Below are positions 17,633 to 26,739 of a stretch of DNA of 64,000 nucleotides, piece after piece. Both the position numbers and the translations under genes were made by a program. The first letter of the stretch is position 1. Each line of letters opens with the position of its first letter. This DNA comes from Candidatus Cryptobacteroides sp. (GTDB lineage Bacteria; Bacteroidota; Bacteroidia; Bacteroidales; UBA932), in assembly GCA_051870255.1 (NCBI GenBank), contig JBJEBR010000064.1, forward strand, positions 15,642-79,641. The letters run 5' to 3'. The notes under the pieces are model-generated. The model was not told the DNA's origin. It worked only from the letters and a program-made list of their open reading frames with translations, and made no database searches.

Positions 17633-18955
17633 ATGCAGTACGACAAATTGGAAATAATGGCTCCGGCAGGCAATTTCGAATGTCTGCACGCTGCTATCCA
17701 GGGAGGGGCCGACTCGGTGTATTTCGGGGTGGAACGCCTCAACATGAGGTCACACTCCGCAAACAACTTCAGGATGGAGGACCTTGGGGAGATCGTTAGA
17801 ATCTGCTCCGAGGCCGGGGTCAAGACATATCTCACCCTCAACATAATCCTCTACAACGAGGACCTCGAAGATATGCGCAAGACGCTCGATGCCGCCAAGA
17901 AAGCCGGAATCAGCGCCGTGATAGCATCGGACATGGCCGCTATAATGTATGCGCGGCAGATCGGAGTCGAGGTGCATATCTCCACGCAGCTGAGCATCTC
18001 GAATGCGGAGGCGCTGAGGTTCTACGCACAATTCGCCGATGTAATCGTCCTGGCGAGGGAGCTCAATCTCTCTCAGGTCAAGGAAATAAAGTCCGTAATC
18101 GACAGGGACAACATCTGCGGGCCGTCAGGAAGACGGGTGGAAATCGAGATGTTCGCACACGGGGCGCTCTGCATGGCAATATCGGGGAAATGTTACCTGA
18201 GCCTTCACGAGTACGGGGCTTCGGCCAACAGGGGGTCCTGCTATCAGATTTGCCGCAGGGGATATGAGGTCAAGGATGTCGAGACAGGGAACACGCTCCT
18301 GGTGGACAACAAATATATAATGTCCCCGAAGGACCTTTGCACCATCGAATTCATGGACAGGATAATAGACGCCGGAGTGACGGTGTTCAAGATCGAAGGC
18401 AGGGCGAGGTCCGCGGAATATGTCAAGAAGGTGGCATCTTGCTATCGCAGGGCAGCCGACGCCGTATGTGAGGGCCGCTATACACCGGAACTCGCGGCAA
18501 GCCTGAAGGCGGAGCTTGGGGAAGTGTTCAACCGGGGATTCTGGGACGGATACTATCAGGGAGCCCGTCTCGGGGAGTGGAGCGAGGTTTATGGCAGCAA
18601 GGCCACAAAGCGGAAAGTCTATTGCGGCAAGGTCACGAATTGGTTCGGGAAGCTCGGGGTGGCCGAGGTGCTGGTGGAGTCGGCGTCCCTGAAGGTCGGG
18701 GACAGGATATTGATCATAGGGCCGACATCAGGGGTTGTGGAATATACGGTTCCTGAAATCCGCGTGGACCTGAAACCTGTCCAGGAGGCCACCAAAGGCA
18801 CATTCTGTTCCATCTTCATTGATTGGAGCAAGGTAGCGCCCGGGGCAAGGGAAGAGAAGCAGGGCCTGTGCGGGGATGGTTGCAGCGAGACAGCCTGTCG
18901 CGCCATCGAGGAAGAAAGGCTGCGGCGTTCCGACAAGGTATATCTCTGGGAATAA
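17633..18955 (+). CDS. U32 family protein (TrhP/PrtC-like Fe-S hydroxylase)
   Basis: APAG, GADSVYFG, HISTQ, HGALCMAISGKC, NRGSCYQICRR, SPKDL, KIEGR. Confidence 0.9.
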   Translation: MQYDKLEIMAPAGNFECLHAAIQGGADSVYFGVERLNMRSHSANNFRMEDLGEIVRICSEAGVKTYLTLNIILYNEDLEDMRKTLDAAKKAGISAVIASDMAAIMYARQIGVEVHISTQLSISNAEALRFYAQFADVIVLARELNLSQVKEIKSVIDRDNICGPSGRRVEIEMFAHGALCMAISGKCYLSLHEYGASANRGSCYQICRRGYEVKDVETGNTLLVDNKYIMSPKDLCTIEFMDRIIDAGVTVFKIEGRARSAEYVKKVASCYRRAADAVCEGRYTPELAASLKAELGEVFNRGFWDGYYQGARLGEWSEVYGSKATKRKVYCGKVTNWFGKLGVAEVLVESASLKVGDRILIIGPTSGVVEYTVPEIRVDLKPVQEATKGTFCSIFIDWSKVAPGAREEKQGLCGDGCSETACRAIEEERLRRSDKVYLWE

Positions 18956-18959
18956 AAGA

Positions 18960-18988
18960 GGGTGACTAAAAACGATTTTTAGTCACCC
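18960..18988. terminator. Bidirectional terminator (GGGTGACTAA family)
   Basis: gggtgactaaaaa-cga-tttttagtcaccc, 13-bp stem between convergent U32 and S41 genes. Confidence 0.85.
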
Positions 18989-19016
18989 CTTGTTTTTCTT
19001 CGGGAAAGTGAACCTC

Positions 19017-20645
19017 TTACTTCATTTCGGTCCCGAGGGCCTTCTTCAGCTGGGTGTCATAGCGAAGGCGAATCCTGATGCCGGCTTCCTGATACCAGTA
19101 ACGGGTGACGATTTCCTCCTCTATGAACGGTATGATTTCGTCTTTCTTCAGCCTTATGAAACGCTCCTTGTCCATCTGGATTGCATTTTCGAGAGCGTCA
19201 AGCTCGGAAGCCATGGCCTCTGCGAGCCCGTCTTTCTTCAACTCGGCCTTCATCTGGTCGAACAATGTCTTGGCGCTGCTGCGGTAGTCGAACTCCTGAG
19301 TCTTGGCGAAGCGGATGAAATCCTCGAAATCCTCATCGGTGAAATGGTAATCATCCACGGCAGCAATGCTCTCATGCTTGCGCGCATAGTCCAGCACATA
19401 TTGGTCGAGCACTCCGCCGAACACGAGAGAATACACGAGCCTGCTGTATGACGGCGATTCGATTTCGACATCCGGAGTGATTCCACCGCCGTCCCTGACT
19501 ATCCTGCCTGAAGCCGTGCGGAATTCCTTGGTGAGGGAGTCCGGAATATGTCCCACGCTGCCGTCCTCGTTCCTCTGGGCATAGTCGATTGCCTGGACGC
19601 ACCTGCCGCTCGGAGTGTAATATTTTGCGGTCGTGATTTTCATCTGCCCGTTGTATGGAAGAGGCCTGATGGACTGCACCAATCCCTTGCCATAGCTCCT
19701 CTTGCCCATGACTACCGCCCTGTCGAGGTCCTGAAGCGCACCGGTGACAATCTCCGATGAAGACGCGCTTCCGGAGTCAATCATCACTATTATAGGCATT
19801 TCCGTGTCAATAGGTTCCTTGGTCGTGCGGTATTCCCTGCGGGAGTCTTCGGTATTTCCCTTGGCCGTCACCACCAGCGAGCCTTTAGGGACGAAGAGGG
19901 AGACTATCTCCACGGCCTCGCTCATGAGCCCGCCTCCGTTTCCGCGCAGGTCGAGAACAAGTCTTTTCATACCCTGTCCCTTCAGCTGGAGGACTTTTTC
20001 ACGAAGTTCACCTGACACATTGTCAGTGAATCCACTCTGACATATGTATCCTGTCGTGTCATCTACCATTCCTGCATATTCGATGTCAGGGAAATGGATT
20101 CTTTCGCGGGTGATCTTCACATCGACGGTGTCACCTGAATGGACCTTCTTCACCTTGAAGCTGACAACCGTACCTGGCTTGCCCTTCATCCTGTCGCTGC
20201 TTTCCTTGGTCTGGAGGCCTACCGTAGGCACTCCGTCTATGGACAGGATTTCATCGCCGCAGACAAGGCCGTTCTTCCAGGCCGGAGAACCGTAGTACGG
20301 TTCGTTTATGACGACATTCCCGTCAACTTTCTTGTATATGATGGCCCCAATGCCCCCATAAGTCTTGGAGAGCATCATCTGGAGGTCCTCATTCTCCTCC
20401 TCAGGTATATATATGGTATAAGGGTCGAGTTCTTCAAGCATGGCATCTATGCCGGCCCTCATTATCCTGTCCACAGGAAGCGAGTCGACATAGGACCTGT
20501 TGAGTTCCTTCACTATGGCACCCTGGATTTCCGCCCACTGCCCCATACGGAAGGTCTTGCTCTGTGAATATGCTGTAAATGAGGATAATATAATGGCGGC
20601 AAGCGCCGGAATCAATGCAAGAATTCTGTGTCTGTTCATCGTCAT
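19017..20645 (-). CDS. C-terminal processing protease, S41A family (CtpA/Prc-like)
   Basis: LDPYT, YGGIGA (PDZ), LDLRGNGGG, SASSSEIVTGALQD, GKGLVQ, TTAKYYTPSGRCVQ. Confidence 0.95.
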   Translation of the reverse strand: MTMNRHRILALIPALAAIILSSFTAYSQSKTFRMGQWAEIQGAIVKELNRSYVDSLPVDRIMRAGIDAMLEELDPYTIYIPEEENEDLQMMLSKTYGGIGAIIYKKVDGNVVINEPYYGSPAWKNGLVCGDEILSIDGVPTVGLQTKESSDRMKGKPGTVVSFKVKKVHSGDTVDVKITRERIHFPDIEYAGMVDDTTGYICQSGFTDNVSGELREKVLQLKGQGMKRLVLDLRGNGGGLMSEAVEIVSLFVPKGSLVVTAKGNTEDSRREYRTTKEPIDTEMPIIVMIDSGSASSSEIVTGALQDLDRAVVMGKRSYGKGLVQSIRPLPYNGQMKITTAKYYTPSGRCVQAIDYAQRNEDGSVGHIPDSLTKEFRTASGRIVRDGGGITPDVEIESPSYSRLVYSLVFGGVLDQYVLDYARKHESIAAVDDYHFTDEDFEDFIRFAKTQEFDYRSSAKTLFDQMKAELKKDGLAEAMASELDALENAIQMDKERFIRLKKDEIIPFIEEEIVTRYWYQEAGIRIRLRYDTQLKKALGTEMK

Positions 20646-20670
20646 GGACCTGTTTTTGTAATAATCTATG

Positions 20671-20697
20671 CAAAAATATGAAAAATTTATACCTTTG
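20671..20697. promoter_or_regulatory. Divergent promoters (S41 / rdgB-recO)
   Basis: Minus TATTTTTG at 20671-20678 and plus TACCTTTG at 20690-20697. Confidence 0.65.
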
Positions 20698-20731
20698 CAG
20701 CGGTTTTTTAGTAGTAATAATAGGCAGTTTT

Positions 20732-21385
20732 ATGATGAATTTGGTTTTTGCGACGGGCAATAGTGGTAAACTGCGTGAAGCATCTGAGATTTTGGGAAAG
20801 GGGTTCAAGCTCGTCACCCCGATGAAAGTTGGGATTTCCGAGGAAATTCCTGAGACTGGAAAGACATTGAAAGCTAATTCTTTACAGAAAGCGCAGTATA
20901 TTTTTGACAAGAGTGGAAGCAATTGTTTCGCTGACGACACAGGACTTGAAGTCGATGCACTCGGAGGCGCTCCGGGAGTCTATACGGCAAGATATGCAGG
21001 AGATGACAAGGACTTCGACAAGAACATGGACAAGGTCCTGAGGGAACTTCAGGTTCGCGAATGTGAGGCCAACATGGCGGCTGCCATGGGTCTGAAAGTA
21101 AAGAAATTTTCACGGAAGGCACGCTTCAGGAGCGTCATCACATTGATTTACAACGGAGAGAAACACTTTTTTGAAGGCACTCTCGAAGGCACCATCGCGC
21201 GCACCAAGTCAGGCAACGGAGGATTCGGATACGACCCGATTTTCCTGTCGGAGGACTATCCGGGAATGACTCTCGCTGACATCACGGAAGAACAAAAGAA
21301 TGAAATATCCCACAGGGGAAAGGCTCTCCGTGCCATGGCAGACTGGTTCGCGCAGCAGGAGAAGTCCGAGGCAGTCGCCAAGTAA
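20732..21385 (+). CDS. rdgB: Non-canonical purine NTP pyrophosphatase (RdgB/HAM1)
   Basis: ATGNSGKLRE, ETGKT, ADDTGL, GAPGVYTARYAG, GFGYDPIF, KNEISHRGKA. Start moved to 20732. Confidence 0.93.
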   Translation: MMNLVFATGNSGKLREASEILGKGFKLVTPMKVGISEEIPETGKTLKANSLQKAQYIFDKSGSNCFADDTGLEVDALGGAPGVYTARYAGDDKDFDKNMDKVLRELQVRECEANMAAAMGLKVKKFSRKARFRSVITLIYNGEKHFFEGTLEGTIARTKSGNGGFGYDPIFLSEDYPGMTLADITEEQKNEISHRGKALRAMADWFAQQEKSEAVAK

Positions 21386-21394
21386 CCTGAAGAT

Positions 21395-22048
21395 ATGATC
21401 GTAAATACAGGACTGATAGTCTTACATTCGACAAAATTCGGAGACAGCTCCGCCGTTCTTCATACCCTCAGCAGGGAGTATGGACGGCGGAGTTTTCTTG
21501 TGCGCAGTGTCGGGAAGAAGGCGGTCACCACCCTGTTCCAGCCCCTGAACATCCTTGAGGCCGACATCCAGGAGACATCCAGATCGAAACTATATACGGC
21601 AAGGAACCTTTCGTGCCAGTACCCGCTTTCGGGGATAAGGGGCAACATCTACAAGAATACGATGACGCTTTTCCTGAGCGAAGTACTTTACCGTGCCGTC
21701 AAGGACGGGACCTCTGAGGAGGGGCTGTATGACTGGTGCGAGAAAAACATCCTCCTTCTGGATGCGGTCACTTCTGATTTCAGCAATTTCCATATCCGGT
21801 TCCTTCTCGAACTGTCGGTCGTACTGGGGTTCAGTCCCCATGTGGAGGATCTGATGCCTTTCGTGGGCGGACATATGGACGTGGTCTCCAGCTTCATGAC
21901 ACTCCCATTCGCAGAATCGATGCTCATCCCGCTTTCGGGACAGGTCAGGAACGAGATAGCAGACGAAATCCTACGCTATCTCGAATATCACCTCGATTCA
22001 TCCCTCAACATTAATTCACTGAAAGTCCTGCGCGAACTGTTCGCATAG
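21395..22048 (+). CDS. recO: DNA repair protein RecO
   Basis: GLIVLHSTKFGDSS..LSREYGR, LFQPL OB-fold, Bacteroidetes-type C-terminus (YLEYHL..INSLKVLRELF). Confidence 0.88.
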   Translation: MIVNTGLIVLHSTKFGDSSAVLHTLSREYGRRSFLVRSVGKKAVTTLFQPLNILEADIQETSRSKLYTARNLSCQYPLSGIRGNIYKNTMTLFLSEVLYRAVKDGTSEEGLYDWCEKNILLLDAVTSDFSNFHIRFLLELSVVLGFSPHVEDLMPFVGGHMDVVSSFMTLPFAESMLIPLSGQVRNEIADEILRYLEYHLDSSLNINSLKVLRELFA

Positions 22049-22090
22049 GCTGATTCCGGATTTACAGACCCACACCTGTCCGGATGAGCC

Positions 22091-22891
22091 TCAGCGTACA
22101 AGGCAGATGGATAATTCATACAGCAGATACAGCGGCAGGAACACGAGCATCAGGGTGAACGGGTCGCCTGTCGGAGTGATGGCTGCGGCGAGCACGAGCA
22201 GGACGACCACGGCGTGTCTGCGGTATTTCTTCAGGAAATCCTTCTTTATGAGCCCAAGTTTCGACAGTATCCATGCAAGCAGGGGCATCTCGAACACGAC
22301 ACCCATGATGAACACCATCATCAGGAAGCTCCCCATATAGGAATTGAGGCTTATCTGGTTGGTGATGTCTCCGCTGAGCTGATATTCGGTCAGGAAGCGG
22401 AAGGTAAACGGGAATATGAAACAGTAGCCCACGGCACAGCCGACGAAGAACATGATGGTTCCGAAAAGGAAGGCCACCCTGACTGATGATTTCTCTGTAT
22501 CATAGAGAGCAGGGCTTATGAACCTCCAGATTTCGAACACCGCATACGGGAAAGCCAGCACGAGGGCGAACCAGAAGGAAGTGGTTATGTGCGTCATGAA
22601 CTGCGAGGCGACATTGATGTTGATGATGTCAACCTTGTAGTCATCTGCCGAGAAATCCGGCATCAATGGAACGGAACCGAGCTTGGCGAACCATCTGTAC
22701 AGGAAGAAGTCAGAACTCGTCGGGCCGAGCACGAAGGAACTGAATATGTCCGGCATTATCAGGAAGAATGCAATCATCAGGACGAGGACTACGGCTGCAA
22801 TCCTCACCAATGACCACCTCAACACTTCGAGATGGCCCCAGAACGACATTTCCTGCCCCTGAGGGGACTCTTCAGGCCTGTTGTCCTCCAT
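22091..22891 (-). CDS. tatC: Twin-arginine translocase subunit TatC
   Basis: MSFWGHLEVLR, EIWRFISPALY, FEMP, ITPTGDPF. Confidence 0.96.
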   Translation of the reverse strand: MEDNRPEESPQGQEMSFWGHLEVLRWSLVRIAAVVLVLMIAFFLIMPDIFSSFVLGPTSSDFFLYRWFAKLGSVPLMPDFSADDYKVDIININVASQFMTHITTSFWFALVLAFPYAVFEIWRFISPALYDTEKSSVRVAFLFGTIMFFVGCAVGYCFIFPFTFRFLTEYQLSGDITNQISLNSYMGSFLMMVFIMGVVFEMPLLAWILSKLGLIKKDFLKKYRRHAVVVLLVLAAAITPTGDPFTLMLVFLPLYLLYELSICLVR

Positions 22892-22892
22892 C

Positions 22893-23087
22893 CTATTTCT
22901 TGTCCTCTCCTTCGTCGGTGATTTCCTTCTCGATCTCGTTCATTCCGTCCTTGAAGCTCTTGACTCCCTTGCCGAGCCCTTTCATGAGCTCAGGAATCTT
23001 CTTGCCTCCGAAAATGAGAAGGACGACCAAAGCGATTATGATTATCTCACCTGTACCGATGTTTCCGAGAAAAAGTAAATTTCCCAT
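22893..23087 (-). CDS. tatA: Twin-arginine translocase TatA/E
   Basis: [37 protein letters not shown]; start at MGNLL (23087). Confidence 0.95.
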   Translation of the reverse strand: MGNLLFLGNIGTGEIIIIALVVLLIFGGKKIPELMKGLGKGVKSFKDGMNEIEKEITDEGEDKK

Positions 23088-23117
23088 ATCCTTATTATTA
23101 TAAATTAACAATATCCT

Positions 23118-23804
23118 TTATTTGCCATCCCAGCCTGTTCCAGCCGGCAGATTGCATTTCAGGGTGTCAGGAATGCTGAACTCGCAGCCGCAGTAAAGCT
23201 GGTTGTAGAAGTTCTGCTCCTTTATGATCTGCGACCTGCGCTCCTGCAGGCCGCCCTTGCGCCAGTTCCTGTCCCACCATACGGGGGCGGAGGCCATTGC
23301 GGCACCATCCTTCCCGGCGTCATCAGGAGATTGGGCGGCAATCCGTTCCGCCACCTGTGCGCATGCCCACATTCCGGCTTCGTTTATCTGGTCGAGGGAC
23401 TTCCATCGCGACGATGCCAATGTGGTCGTCAACACCCTGAAGCCGTTTGCGGCAGCATATTCCGCAGCCCTCAGAAGCCTGAACCTGAAGCATCTGAGGC
23501 AGCGGCCTCCCCTTTCCGGCTCATTTTCCAGGCCTTTCACATCCTCCAGCCAGAGGTCGTGGTCATAGTCGTCATCCACGATTTCCAGACCCAGCGAAGC
23601 GGCATATCGGGAACATTCGCCCTTGCGGATTTCATATTCCCGATAGGGGTAGATGTTCGGGTTGCAATAATATATGACGGGGGTGACACCTTCCTGCATC
23701 AAGCGTTCGATTATCGCTCCGGAGCAAGGCGCGCAGCAGGTGTGGAGCAAGACGCGGCTTTCTCCGAAGGGCACCTGCAGGGTATCGTCCTTTTTTTTCG
23801 TCAT
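23118..23804 (-). CDS. queH: Epoxyqueuosine reductase QueH (DUF208)
   Basis: LLHTCCAPCS, NPNIYP, PERGGRCLRCF, TTLASSRWK, QLYCGCEFS. Start at MTKKK (23804), 6 nt after TAAGTTTG. Confidence 0.92.
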   Translation of the reverse strand: MTKKKDDTLQVPFGESRVLLHTCCAPCSGAIIERLMQEGVTPVIYYCNPNIYPYREYEIRKGECSRYAASLGLEIVDDDYDHDLWLEDVKGLENEPERGGRCLRCFRFRLLRAAEYAAANGFRVLTTTLASSRWKSLDQINEAGMWACAQVAERIAAQSPDDAGKDGAAMASAPVWWDRNWRKGGLQERRSQIIKEQNFYNQLYCGCEFSIPDTLKCNLPAGTGWDGK

Positions 23805-23882
23805 ATTCTGCAAACTTACATAAAACTTATGAAACTGCCTACAGGAAATGCGGTGAAATGGCATAGGCGGAACGCTTCCGCC

Positions 23883-24027
23883 CTCAGATTCCTCGTCGCT
23901 GCGCTCGCTCGGAATGACAGTTCCGATTGGAGGGACGGAGGATGTCTGAACCGGTTTCTCAGATTCCTCGTCGCTGCGCTCGCTCGGAATGACAGGGTAA
24001 ATGTCATTTCGAACGAAGTGAGAAATC
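23883..24027. repeat. REP-like cluster: two identical 38-bp repeats plus an inverted degenerate copy
   Basis: ctcagattcctcgtcgctgcgctcgctcggaatgacag at 23883-23920 and 23958-23995; tgtcatttcgaacgaagtgagaaatc at 24002-24027. Confidence 0.85.
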
Positions 24028-24045
24028 CGAGGGTGAGGACGGAAG

Positions 24046-24074
24046 AAGGCCGGCGGGACAAGTCCGTCGGCCTT
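24046..24074 (-). terminator. GC-rich hairpin downstream of the FISUMP lipoprotein gene
   Basis: aaggccggcgggac-aa-gtccgtcggcctt. Confidence 0.6.
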
Positions 24075-24102
24075 CCTTTATAACACATCTTTCAATTCCA
24101 AT

Positions 24103-26313
24103 CTACTCGACGGATTTCACGCAGCGGACGGAATAGCCAGGATAACTGTCTCCATCAATTGTTCTTACCACAGCTTCATTCTTCTTATATGACGTATTCT
24201 CTCCGGTGATATTATAGGCAGTAAAATCCATATATGAATAATTTCGGTAGCCTTCGTAGTATTGATCTTCAGTAGTATCTGAGGCCCAATATTGTCCACT
24301 TGCAGAATCTGAATCATAGCGGCTCAATGCCGCATTATTCATATTCTTGAAATACTCTTCATCATTAAAATATGCGCAGGTAATTGATCCCGCAACGCAA
24401 AATTCAAGCGCTGCACCCGTCTGCTCATCCCACAAATCCCACACTGCTGCCTTTCCTGATGAGGTCTTGCCTTCGAAACTTGCCACCCCGTGCAACTTGT
24501 CCTTCAAACCAACCGTTGACCGGCACCCATAAGAAGAAATCAATTTTGAAAGAGCTTTCCACTCGGCAGTTGTTGGGACACGCCATCCTTCCGGGCAAGG
24601 ATTGCCCATTCCCAAATATGGAGAATCATCAGTTTCAGGCCAGTTGAAATCAACGGTAGGCGAATCTGTTTCAGGATCATCGTATTTGAACCAGTTGTTG
24701 CTTGCTGCATAATAAGTATTATCATCAACAGCTTTTATAGCTCCGGCATCATCATACTCAGAATAAGCGAATTTGGTGGTATTGTCTTCATAATAAGGAT
24801 ATTGCCCTGCACGGCGGCCCCACTGGTAATATTTGCCGAACGGATGATCGAGGTCGAACCCGAGGTTGCAAGGATACCACAGCAGTCCTGCCATCTCAAC
24901 CGGGTCTCCAGTCCAATCACCGATGACAACCTCGCCGTCACCATCGCTCTGAAGAATCGAAATCGATGAACCAAGTACCGATGTCCCCTCGGAAGTCACA
25001 TCTATACCAATTGTTCCCTCAATCTTGATGGTGCGCGAATGATTTTCCTTGTGTACAGCATAGCATTTGAACACATTCCATCCTCTTGAATCAATGGTAA
25101 TATTTTCCCAATCGTAATAAACGCTCATCAAATTCGGAAAAGAACTGTAATCAAAAGACACATCATTCCCTGCATTGGTCCTGATATAGAACTCCGTCAC
25201 CCCGGCAGTCCTCGGAAGCTCCAGATAACCGACAGGGTCTCCGTCAGAAGTCATCGCCAACTCGTATTCATATGGAGTAAATACGGCGTCTGCCATCGAT
25301 ATCGTCAGGGTGGAAAGCTTGTTCTTCTCGAACTTTATGCCTCCCTCCCTTGCCGTAATCTGTCTTGAAACGCATCCGGACTCATTCTGGAGGCTTATTG
25401 TAAGGGGTTGTCCCTCTGCAATCTCTATCGGCTGGGTGCAGAACCACAAATCGAATGTCCCGTCCACGACTTCACCTGGAAGGGCGGCAGACTTCACTTC
25501 CTTCTCCGCCTCCCCGGATGTGTAATTCAGCACGACATAATTCTGGTTTAATTTGTCATCCCCACCGAATTCCTTCCCAAGCACATTGATGTAATATATT
25601 CCTGCCATCGTGCATCCTTCGGGAGCCGTGATGACCGCCTTGGTGATATTTGTCATCGCTGCCGGAATGCCGGTAAGGGTTATCTTGCCGTGGGTGACCA
25701 GACGGTCGAACACCATAGGGATTTCCATACCAGAGGTCACTTCGGTATATTCCTGCTGGGATATTCCGAGCATTACATCCGCGTTCGGGTCATAGCTGGT
25801 GGCTGACGGGTATTGTCCGCTGTAATCAGGCCTTGTCCCGACGAATATCAGCCAGTCCCATATACTGTAATTCCCGAGTCCGCAGGAGGCCGATGCCGGA
25901 TAGACTGAATGGAAACGGTATTTCCCCTCGCCTGACGGGAAAGTGATACCATATTCAGCATTTTCGGTCAACGAGAACTTTGCAGTCTTTCCGTCAGCGG
26001 ACACTACTGCCTCGTTTGATTGCAGGATGCCGTTCAAAGCGCGTTTTGGAACCTGCACATTCTCGTCATACCTTTCTCCCTCTGTCTCGGCACTGTTGGA
26101 CATCGCCACCATCATATATTCTCCGGACGCGCTCCAGAGTATGGCGTCCGATACCGGGTCATAATAGGTCTTGGTGTCCGATGCCGTCGCAGGCTTTTCT
26201 CCGGTAAAGTACAATGTAATTCTTTCTCCGGCAGATTCATGGTCCGGGATTATCGTCATTTCGCAGGCGGCGGACATTAGCAGGGCCGCAAGCATCAATA
26301 TTTCCTTTTTCAT
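24103..26313 (-). CDS. Lipoprotein with type V pilin/fimbrillin-like N-terminus and C-terminal FISUMP (Fibrobacter succinogenes major paralogous) domain
   Basis: Lipobox SAAC; TKT...LW pilin-type start, FDRLVTHGKITL; C-terminal GKYYQWGR, NPCPEGWRVPT..EW, GQYWAS, GYSVRCVK. Confidence 0.78.
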   Translation of the reverse strand: MKKEILMLAALLMSAACEMTIIPDHESAGERITLYFTGEKPATASDTKTYYDPVSDAILWSASGEYMMVAMSNSAETEGERYDENVQVPKRALNGILQSNEAVVSADGKTAKFSLTENAEYGITFPSGEGKYRFHSVYPASASCGLGNYSIWDWLIFVGTRPDYSGQYPSATSYDPNADVMLGISQQEYTEVTSGMEIPMVFDRLVTHGKITLTGIPAAMTNITKAVITAPEGCTMAGIYYINVLGKEFGGDDKLNQNYVVLNYTSGEAEKEVKSAALPGEVVDGTFDLWFCTQPIEIAEGQPLTISLQNESGCVSRQITAREGGIKFEKNKLSTLTISMADAVFTPYEYELAMTSDGDPVGYLELPRTAGVTEFYIRTNAGNDVSFDYSSFPNLMSVYYDWENITIDSRGWNVFKCYAVHKENHSRTIKIEGTIGIDVTSEGTSVLGSSISILQSDGDGEVVIGDWTGDPVEMAGLLWYPCNLGFDLDHPFGKYYQWGRRAGQYPYYEDNTTKFAYSEYDDAGAIKAVDDNTYYAASNNWFKYDDPETDSPTVDFNWPETDDSPYLGMGNPCPEGWRVPTTAEWKALSKLISSYGCRSTVGLKDKLHGVASFEGKTSSGKAAVWDLWDEQTGAALEFCVAGSITCAYFNDEEYFKNMNNAALSRYDSDSASGQYWASDTTEDQYYEGYRNYSYMDFTAYNITGENTSYKKNEAVVRTIDGDSYPGYSVRCVKSVE

Positions 26314-26408
26314 ACTGTCAAAATTTTTTTACAATTTTTTGAGAGGATGATAGCCGTTCGCTATCGTTCACTCTCACGATGAAAACCATTAGATATCGCC
26401 CTTGGGCG
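26314..26408 (-). repeat. Conserved structured 5' leader, copy 1
   Basis: Near-identical to 60003-60105 (see findings). Confidence 0.85.
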
Positions 26409-26442
26409 CATCCTGGTCACTACGCTTTCACAGTCCGGCAAA

Positions 26443-26625
26443 TCAATATGAACCGTTGTCAATCGATCCATAGCCGTTGTTGGCACTGTCAAGGTCGCCG
26501 TCAATGAAACCAGCTTCACCAACGGAAAATCCGAAAGAGCTTTCACAAAGCACGCTTGCCGGAATGATGTCAACTTGCAGTATTTGCGGAGCTGCGTAAT
26601 GTCTTATGTCTGTCATGTCTTTCAT
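26443..26625 (-). CDS. Small protein (60 aa) with YxxP...LCxS leader-like N-terminus
   Basis: MKDMTDIRHYAAPQILQVDIIPASVLCESSFGFSVGEAGFIDGDLDSANNGYGSIDNGSY; co-oriented between the AraC and FISUMP genes. I recall this motif type in many small Bacteroidales ORFs. Confidence 0.6.
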   Translation of the reverse strand: MKDMTDIRHYAAPQILQVDIIPASVLCESSFGFSVGEAGFIDGDLDSANNGYGSIDNGSY

Positions 26626-26739
26626 GGCGCAATTGTTTATATTTCCGGGCTTGAAGATAAAAAGAAAATGATGTCCCCCGTTTTGATTAAGGAACATCAT
26701 CTTTTGTTTAAAGAACAAATCCGGCATTCAGGATGGGTT

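Noticed and set aside
23791-23798. A8 tract at the start of queH, and A7 at the S-layer start, as phase-variation sites
   Set aside because: They encode ordinary N-terminal Lys runs, both frames are intact, and such tracts are common in Bacteroidetes.
23883-23995. CRISPR-like geometry: two identical 38-bp repeats with a 37-bp spacer
   Set aside because: Only two repeats, no cas genes or leader, an inverted third copy follows, and the sequence belongs to the dispersed REP-like family.
24103-24320. DGR variable region at the FISUMP C-terminus (YWAS...SVRCVK)
   Set aside because: No template-repeat copy or reverse transcriptase in the window; a trans-acting DGR elsewhere cannot be excluded.
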